This document shows positions 56,748-64,000 of a stretch of DNA of 64,000 nucleotides, piece by piece (position 1 is the stretch's first letter; each line of letters begins with the position of its first letter). The translations under genes were made by a program, and so were the position numbers. Location: positions 1 to 64,000 of the forward strand of contig JBDRCC010000006.1 of assembly GCA_043822065.1 (NCBI GenBank), written 5' to 3'. The stretch comes from an archaeon. Lineage in GTDB: Archaea; Undinarchaeota; CAZHTU01; JBDRCC01. The notes beneath the pieces were generated by a model. That model did no database searches. It worked only from the letters and a program-made list of their open reading frames with translations, and was not told where the DNA came from.

Positions 56748-58937
56748 ATGGGTTCGAAGATTGTAAAGGGCGCAATTTCGGCTGGAAGTGAATACCTCAG
56801 CGAGGCAGAGGGATACCAACTTCTGAAGGAGTATGGCATTAAATTCCCCCCGTATGGCCTGGCCAAGAGCGATGCGGAGGCAGTCCGCATAGCAAAAAGG
56901 CTCGGCTTCCCCGTGGTCATGAAGGTTGCGTCCCCTCAGCTGCTTCACAAGGCAGAGATAGGGGGGGTAGCCCTTGGTCTGGACTCAGAACGAGAGGCGA
57001 GGCTTGCCTTTAAATCGCTCATGAAAAGAGCCAGAGAATGGGCTGGAAAGAGAAAGGGCAGGACGATTGAAGGCATTTTGGTCCAGAAGCAGTGCGCAGG
57101 CTACTCCCTCCCCCTCCTGGTGGGTGCCGTGACCGACCTGGTGATGGGAAAGGCGCTTGCACTGAGCATCGGCGGGGATGCTGCTGATGTCTACACGAAG
57201 GACTTCGGCGACATTCAGTTCAGGGTACTTCCTGCGGACGATTCGGAGATACAGAGCATGCGGGAAAGCCTGCATGCAAAGCGGTTCTTCATGGAGTTCA
57301 GGGGAAATCCGAAACGGGATGCCTCAGCCCTCGACCAGACCCTCAAGAAGCTTTCAAGGATGGTCCTCGAGAATCCGGAGATAGAAAACATCGAGCTGAA
57401 CCCCCTTCTGCTTTTTGGCAAGGCGGCTGCCGCAGTTGATGTCGTGACAGTTCTCAGGCGCAGGGTGAAAAAGCCAGAGGCGGGCAGGAAGCGCTGCCTT
57501 GATGCGCTCGCGCTTCTCAACAGGGATTCAAAGATAGGCATCGTTGGCTCCTTTTCCCAGGAGCCGGACCAGTCAGGAAAGCCGAAGGGCAGGTACGCGA
57601 GGATGGTAGTTGACAACCTCATTGCACTCGGCTACAAGGGGATAGTTCCCGTCTGGTTCAATGCTGGGGATGGGGAGAGGTACCGCGGATTCGAGTACTG
57701 CAAAAACGCGTCAGACACCAAGCTTGACATTGCAATAATCGTTGTTTCTGCGAAAAAAGTTGCTGGCGTCTTTGATGAATGCGTGAAATCCGGCGCCAAG
57801 CTCGTCGTTATCCAGTCCGCAGGCTTTGCAGAGACCGGGCCCATCGGGAGACGGGCGGAGGAGGAAATCCTGAAAACGGCAAAGGCCGCTGGCGTCGCCG
57901 TCATGGGCCCGAACTGCCTTGGAATATTCGCCCCGAAATCAAAAATAGACACTATGTTCACTGACAAGATTTATGCTGGGCGGGCCAGGGGGGGCTTTTC
58001 GCTCATCTCCCAGAGCGGCGGCGTCGGGACCTCAATAATAGATGAGCTCTCCAAGAGGAGGCTGGGGGTGAGCCACGCCTTCTGCTACGGCAATGCCATG
58101 GACATAAACGAGACAGACCTCCTGGAGTACCTTGTGAACGACAGCGGCACGAAGATTCTTGCAATATACCTTGAGCAGATACGGGGAAAGCCAGAGCGGT
58201 TCAAAGCCTGCGTAAAAAAGCTCATGAAGAGAAGGGTCCCCATCGTCGTCCTCACCCCAAGCGTAAGCGAGAGGGGGGCGGCTGAGATAAGTACCCACAC
58301 CGGCTCGGTCGCAGGGCGCGGAAAAATCCTGGAAGACTTCCTCAGGCACCAGTGCGGTGCGGTCCTCGCGGCTGACATAGAAGACCTCTTCCAGGCGAGC
58401 TACTCCCTCCACCTGAACAACAAGCACTGCGGCCTTATGAAGGGGAACAGGGTCGCGCTTGTGAGCAATGCGGGCTCGGACAAGACGCTCATATCCATGA
58501 ACCTTGAGAAGAACGGCCTCGCCCAGGCAAGGTTCTCGGCGGCGCAGAGGGAAGAGTTCTTCAGCCTGATAACGGGGAGCGAGATAGACGGCATAGCAAC
58601 GGTCGACGAAGAGAACAACATAGTCCTTGACCTGACGGGGAGCGTCCAGAAGGGCACCTTCAACAAGGCGCTCGAGTTCGTCTTCTCGTGCAAAAATGTG
58701 GACGCTGTCGCCATGGGCGCCGCCATAAACACGGGCATAGAGTGGGAGGAGCTCGCCAAGAAGGCCTACCAGCTGAGGGAGAAGTACAGGAAGCCCGTCG
58801 TCTACCTCGAGTGGTTTGAGAACTCGGAGATTATCCGGAGCAAGTATGAAATCCCCGCTGGAAGGAGCCACGAGCGGTGCACGCGGGACCTAAAGAACTT
58901 CTTCGAGTTTTCAAAAGGCGCGAGGCAAGTTTTATAA
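56748..58937 (+). CDS. ADP-forming acyl-CoA synthetase, fused in beta-alpha order
   Basis: N-terminal ATP-grasp (GFPVVMK, HKAEIGGV, ELNPL), then CoA-binding and ligase domains (SAGFAE, GPNCLG, SQSGG, STHTGS phospho-His). Confidence 0.9.
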   Translation: MGSKIVKGAISAGSEYLSEAEGYQLLKEYGIKFPPYGLAKSDAEAVRIAKRLGFPVVMKVASPQLLHKAEIGGVALGLDSEREARLAFKSLMKRAREWAGKRKGRTIEGILVQKQCAGYSLPLLVGAVTDLVMGKALALSIGGDAADVYTKDFGDIQFRVLPADDSEIQSMRESLHAKRFFMEFRGNPKRDASALDQTLKKLSRMVLENPEIENIELNPLLLFGKAAAAVDVVTVLRRRVKKPEAGRKRCLDALALLNRDSKIGIVGSFSQEPDQSGKPKGRYARMVVDNLIALGYKGIVPVWFNAGDGERYRGFEYCKNASDTKLDIAIIVVSAKKVAGVFDECVKSGAKLVVIQSAGFAETGPIGRRAEEEILKTAKAAGVAVMGPNCLGIFAPKSKIDTMFTDKIYAGRARGGFSLISQSGGVGTSIIDELSKRRLGVSHAFCYGNAMDINETDLLEYLVNDSGTKILAIYLEQIRGKPERFKACVKKLMKRRVPIVVLTPSVSERGAAEISTHTGSVAGRGKILEDFLRHQCGAVLAADIEDLFQASYSLHLNNKHCGLMKGNRVALVSNAGSDKTLISMNLEKNGLAQARFSAAQREEFFSLITGSEIDGIATVDEENNIVLDLTGSVQKGTFNKALEFVFSCKNVDAVAMGAAINTGIEWEELAKKAYQLREKYRKPVVYLEWFENSEIIRSKYEIPAGRSHERCTRDLKNFFEFSKGARQVL

Positions 58938-58959
58938 CGTTCCAGGACATTTGTCGCGT

Positions 58960-59160
58960 ATGGCAGTTAAGATAGAGCGGGACAGGTGCAAAGGGTGCGG
59001 CCTGTGCATCCATTTCTGCCCAGTAAAGATACTAAAGCGGTCGGGCAGGCTCAACAAGCGCGGGCAGTACCCAGCCGAGATAACCGACCAGAAGAAGTGC
59101 ATCTCCTGCAAGATGTGCGCAATCATCTGCCCTGACACCGCAATAGAGGTGTTCAAATGA
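58960..59160 (+). CDS. 2x[4Fe-4S] ferredoxin (delta subunit of the 2-oxoacid oxidoreductase)
   Basis: CKGCGLCIHFCP and CISCKMCAIICPD. Confidence 0.92.
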   Translation: MAVKIERDRCKGCGLCIHFCPVKILKRSGRLNKRGQYPAEITDQKKCISCKMCAIICPDTAIEVFK

Positions 59161-60187
59161 AGGGGCTCATGGCTGGGAATGAGGCACTGGCGGAAGCCGC
59201 AATCCGCGCAGGCTGCAAGTTTTACTTCGGCTACCCCATAACCCCCCAGAGCGAAATCCCAGAATACCTCGCGAAGAACTTCCAGAAGCGCGGCGGCCAC
59301 TTTCTCCAGACTGAGAGCGAGGTCGCAACAATAAACATGGTGATGGGCGCTTCAGCCGCCGGCGCCAGGGCCATGACGTCTTCCTCAAGCCCGGGCATAA
59401 GCCTGATGCAGGAGGGGATTTCCTACATGGTCGGCTGTGAGCTCCCTGCAGTCATTGTTGATGTGATGCGGGGGGGACCTGGCCTCGGGAACATCGCCCC
59501 TGCCCAGGGCGACTACTTCCAGATGGTCAAGGGCGGCGGCCACGGCGACTACAACCTAATAGTCCTTGCCCCGAACTCGGTCCAGGAAATGGCAGACCTT
59601 ACCCACCTTGCATTCGACCTTGCGGACAAGTACCGCAACCCGGCGGTGATACTCGCAGACGGCCTTCTCGGCCAGATGATTGAGCCGGTCACCTTCAAAA
59701 AACACACCAAGAAAAAAGCCAGGAAGCCCTGGGCGCTCACCGGCGCAAAAAGCCGCAAGCCAAACATCATAAACTCCCTCTACCTCGCGCCCGAAGGCCT
59801 TGAGGCCCACAACAAGGACCTCCAGAAAAAATTCAAATCCATGAGGACGGAAGCCCGCTACGAATCATTCAGGGCAGATGATGCCGACATCATCCTCGTC
59901 GCCTACGGCACCTGCTCCCGCTTAGCCAAGACCGTCGTCGAGGACGGCAGAAAAGAGGGGTTAAAGCTCGGTCTCATCCGCCCCATAACCCTCTGGCCAT
60001 TCCCTTCGGAGGCAATCAGAAAAGCGGCAGGGAGGGCAAGGGCGCTTCTTGTCGTCGAGCTGAGTGCGGGGCAGATGGTTGAGGACGTCCGCCTGGCAGT
60101 CAACGGAAAGAAGCCAGTCCACTTTTTCGGCAGGATGGGCGGGATGGTGCCTTTCCCCGAAGACATACTCAAGGAGGCCAAAAAGAT

Positions 60188-60191
<4 letters not shown>
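59157..60191 (+). CDS. 2-oxoacid:ferredoxin oxidoreductase alpha-type subunit (VorB-like)
   Basis: [39 protein letters not shown]. Confidence 0.9.
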
Positions 60192-60914
<723 letters not shown>

Positions 60915-60922
<8 letters not shown>

Positions 60923-61451
60923 GCAGAAGGTTGTCGTCGCCGGCTTCGGAGGTCAGGGCATCCTCCTCATCGGCCGCCTCCTCGCCCGCGCCGCCATGCT
61001 CGAGGGGCATCACATAACCTGGATATCGTCTTACGGTCCTGAAATGCGCGGGGGGACTGCAAACTGCTCCGTCGTGATATCCAGAAAGGAGATAGGCTCC
61101 CCCCTCGTCCCGAACCCGGACGCTGCAATCGTCATGAACCTGCCTTCCTTCGACAAGTTCGCGCCGTGCGTCAAAAGAGGAGGCATCCTTCTCATCGACG
61201 GCTCCCTCGTCACGAGGAAGTCCCCTCGGAAGGACATCTCCCAGTTCACGGTAAACGCAAACGACATCGCAAAAGGGCTCGGCGACCCGATTGCCGCAAA
61301 CATGGTCATGCTTGGCGCCTACCTCAAGCTGACAAAGGCGGTCTCTTTAAGCAGCGTCATGAAGGCGATGAAGGAGATGCTCCCGCCCCACCGCCAGAAG
61401 CTAATCCCGCTCAACAAAAAAGCAGTCGAAGCTGGCATGGGCGCCGTCTAA
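60915..61451 (+). CDS. 2-oxoacid:ferredoxin oxidoreductase gamma subunit
   Basis: [23 protein letters not shown]. Confidence 0.92.
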
Positions 61452-62686
61452 CCCTCCGCCAGGACCTCGGACAGTATCCGTATCCCCTCTTCTATCTCCC
61501 CAACCGTCGGCTTGCTGAAGTTTATCCGCATGGTGTTCCTCTTGGGGTTCTCCGCGTAGAACCCGTCGCCTGGCACGTATGCAACCCTCCGGTCATACCC
61601 TTTGGACTTCATGTATTTCTTGTCCAGCAGCCTTTCCTCAAGGGTCTTCCTGGCGTCAAAACCCTCTGGCCCGGTCATCCACAGGAACATCCCGCCGTCA
61701 GGCCTGGTCCACGTAAACCCGCTATCCTCCGGGAACTCCCGCTCAAGCGCGTCCAGCATGGACAGCATCTTTTTCTTGTAGAATTCCACAGTTGCCTTAA
61801 TGTGCCCCGGCATATCCCCCCGCTCTAGGTACTTCCATATCAGCCACTGGCCAAGGGAGTTCGTCTGCAGGTCGTACGACTGCTTTGCAAGCGTGAACTT
61901 GGACACTATGTCCTCCCGCGCAATCATGAACCCGACCCTCGTCCCGGGCGTAAAAACCTTGGAAAACGACCCCAGGTGCATCACCCTCTCCTCGTCATCG
62001 AAAGACTTTATCGACGGGATGTCCTTCCCCCTGTACCTGAGCCTCCAGTAAGGGTCGTCCTCCAGTATGAGGAAGTCGTGCTCGCATGCCAGCTCGTAAA
62101 TCTGCTTCCTCTTTTTCAGGGACGTCGTTACTCCAGACGGGTTCTCGAAATTTGGGATTATGTACAGGAACTTGGGCCGCACGCCGCTCTCCAGGTGCCC
62201 CTTTAATTCTTCAATCTTCATCCCATCCTGCTCAAGCTCCACGGTGGCAAACTTCCCCCTGCGCATCCTAACCGGCCCTATCAGCCCCAGGTAGGTCGGA
62301 GAGCCTACTACAACCGCGTCCCCCGGGTTTATGAACATGTCCGCCGCAGCGTAAAGCGCCTGCTGGGAGCCGCTGGTCAACAGGATGTTCTTCACATCCG
62401 CGCGTATGCCTATCTCGCCGACATACTCGACGAGCTCCTTCCTGAAGCCAGGAATCCCCTCGGTCGGCCTGTACTGGAAGGCTTCCTCAAACATCCTGTC
62501 ATCCGCAACCATCTCATCAAAAATGCTCACGAGCTCCTTCCGCGGGAAAGTCAACGGGTCCGGTATCCCGCCAGCAAAAGAAATGACGTCCGGCTCAGTC
62601 AAAATCTTCAAAAGCTCGCGGACGTCGCTGGCTTTGACCCCCCCTGCGGCGTCGGAAAAAAACTTTGACATGTCAGGCTTCTTCAT
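61448..62686 (-). CDS. PLP-dependent class I aminotransferase (LysN/ARO8-like)
   Basis: ISFAGGIPDP, GSQQAL, IPNFENPSG, EDDPY, GSFSKVFTPGTRVG. Confidence 0.92.
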   Translation of the reverse strand: MKKPDMSKFFSDAAGGVKASDVRELLKILTEPDVISFAGGIPDPLTFPRKELVSIFDEMVADDRMFEEAFQYRPTEGIPGFRKELVEYVGEIGIRADVKNILLTSGSQQALYAAADMFINPGDAVVVGSPTYLGLIGPVRMRRGKFATVELEQDGMKIEELKGHLESGVRPKFLYIIPNFENPSGVTTSLKKRKQIYELACEHDFLILEDDPYWRLRYRGKDIPSIKSFDDEERVMHLGSFSKVFTPGTRVGFMIAREDIVSKFTLAKQSYDLQTNSLGQWLIWKYLERGDMPGHIKATVEFYKKKMLSMLDALEREFPEDSGFTWTRPDGGMFLWMTGPEGFDARKTLEERLLDKKYMKSKGYDRRVAYVPGDGFYAENPKRNTMRINFSKPTVGEIEEGIRILSEVLAEG

Positions 62687-62775
62687 GCCAGATATAACGT
62701 CCAGCCGCTATAAAAACTTTAGAATACGGTTACCGGCAAGGGAGCTCGCTGTCCGGAGGAAGAATGGGGATCTAA

Positions 62776-63303
62776 TCAGATTTCAACTTCAGTCTCAAAG
62801 AACAGGCTGTCTTCCTTGCCCCTGCGCGCCTCGAGGTCGGAATATGAATACTTCCTGTCAGGTGTCTGGTCCAAGCTGAGCAGAAGGTGGAGGTCCTCCT
62901 GGTGCTTCCCCCTGAACCTCTTGTTGAACTGTTCGACCAAATCCTCCACTGCCTTCTCAAGTGTGCGGCGGTTGAGCTTGTCCGGCTTTATCGCCTCGTT
63001 TATCTGGTAGTTGAGCAGCGGCACTATCTGGCGCCTGTCATCCAAGTCGATGACCCGCACGCCAACCCTGCCGTCCGCGGGCCTGAAGACTCCGTCGTCG
63101 CCCCTCACAGCCACCATCGATATCACCTTGGGTATGGTCGGGACGACCGCCTCGGCGATAATCCTGCCCGATTCATCGAACGCCCAAAAAACGATGTGCG
63201 GCTTCAGGCTTATGGACGTGTCCTTGGGCTTGTTTTTCTCCCACCACGTCTGCGTGAAGAGGATTTTGCCGTGGAGGCAGGCTATTCTTATTTTCATGCG
63301 CAT
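62776..63303 (-). CDS. Hypothetical protein
   Basis: 175-aa ORF with a TATA-like element upstream; no motif recognised. Confidence 0.55.
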   Translation of the reverse strand: MRMKIRIACLHGKILFTQTWWEKNKPKDTSISLKPHIVFWAFDESGRIIAEAVVPTIPKVISMVAVRGDDGVFRPADGRVGVRVIDLDDRRQIVPLLNYQINEAIKPDKLNRRTLEKAVEDLVEQFNKRFRGKHQEDLHLLLSLDQTPDRKYSYSDLEARRGKEDSLFFETEVEI

Positions 63304-63357
63304 TGCTATTGGTCGAAGGGATAAATAACCCTTTTGGCGGGCGGAGAAGGCATAGGG

Positions 63358-63756
63358 CTATAAAAGCTTAGCCTCAACCCTTGCCGCAAGCCCCTTGGAA
63401 ACCAGGCCTTTCCTTATTTCTGCGAGCGGATGCTTGCACTTCGAAACGTCTGCCACAACCTCCCAGCGGGCCGTCTTAGTCCGCCTGGTCGACTTCGACT
63501 GCGTCCTGACGAGGTCGACACCCTCATTGAACAGGTACGTAGCTGCTTTCGATAGGGCTCCCGGCTTGTCGGAGAACTCAATAACTAACTTGACCAACTT
63601 CTTACCCGCTTCAGCAACCGGGTGGACGACTATGCTCTCGCCGTCTTCCGAAAGGCCGACCATCACGCGGTCGCCTTCCTTAAGGTCTAGCTCCTCGCGG
63701 ATGGAATTCGGTATCACAAGCCTTCCCCGCGTGTCAAGCCGGATGACGGAAGCCAT
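63358..63756 (-). CDS. AbrB/MazE-type DNA-binding domain fused to an ACT domain
   Basis: LDTRGRLVIPNSIREELDLKEGD plus DKPGALSKAA; start moved to ATG 63756. Confidence 0.85.
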   Translation of the reverse strand: MASVIRLDTRGRLVIPNSIREELDLKEGDRVMVGLSEDGESIVVHPVAEAGKKLVKLVIEFSDKPGALSKAATYLFNEGVDLVRTQSKSTRRTKTARWEVVADVSKCKHPLAEIRKGLVSKGLAARVEAKLL

Positions 63757-63831
63757 GCTCCCACTTAATTCCCGCAAGTTTATAATCGTTCTCCAAAAAG
63801 ATTTATAAACTCCGAAACCCGCCAGCAATTC

Positions 63832-64000
63832 ATGGAAAAGCTATACATCGACACAAATGTCTATGTTTCTTATCTCGAAGGGGAGTTCGGCGGCATAACT
63901 AAAAATCTCGGCCTCTACTCGGAGCAGCTTTTTAAGAGGGCATTCTCATGCGAATTCGTCATCGTCGCATCAGAAATGGTGGTGAAAGAGCTGCTTGGCG
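63832..64000 (+). CDS. PIN domain protein, 3'-truncated by the window edge
   Basis: MEKLYIDTNVYVSYL...IVASEMVVKEL matches the PIN N-terminal DTN and S-x4-EL motifs. Confidence 0.75.
   Translation, partial: MEKLYIDTNVYVSYLEGEFGGITKNLGLYSEQLFKRAFSCEFVIVASEMVVKELLG

Noticed and set aside
63358-64000. vapBC toxin-antitoxin pair (AbrB-like plus PIN)
   Set aside because: The genes are divergent rather than co-transcribed, the AbrB protein carries an ACT domain typical of a metabolic regulator, and the PIN gene is truncated by the window edge.

Overview
Archaeal chromosomal window. The evidence is TATA boxes about 25-30 nt upstream of start codons, an archaeal RNase P RNA, a Sec61beta, a tRNA-intron endonuclease, PGF-pre-PGF surface proteins and a form III-type RuBisCO; a DPANN-like lineage is plausible but only inferred. 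The left half is dominated by very large secreted or surface proteins (1199, 4240, 1829 and 597 aa) mixed with housekeeping genes (glmU-like, tmk, endA, gdhA, CLC channel). The right end carries an amino-acid fermentation cluster: two paralogous PLP aminotransferases around an ADP-forming acyl-CoA synthetase and a four-subunit 2-oxoacid:ferredoxin oxidoreductase. The most striking signal is an AT-richer 5.5 kb region (about 39765-45326) directly downstream of rnpB (minus strand, 45304-45609). It holds six 0.5-1.3 kb modules: two MNT-HEPN toxin-antitoxin pairs, a GNAT-like gene, a Fur plus membrane protein pair, a ferritin-like gene and an alpha/beta hydrolase. Each module is separated from the next by a copy of a short semi-palindromic repeat (consensus GAGAGGGGGCAGTTCCCCGAATAAATGGGGCTTACTA) derived from the rnpB 3' end. 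This looks like an integron-like or dif-module-like cassette array anchored on rnpB; no recombinase gene is present in the window. The RNase P RNA also appears to have an atypical secondary structure. All calls come from manual reading of the sequence; no database searches were run.
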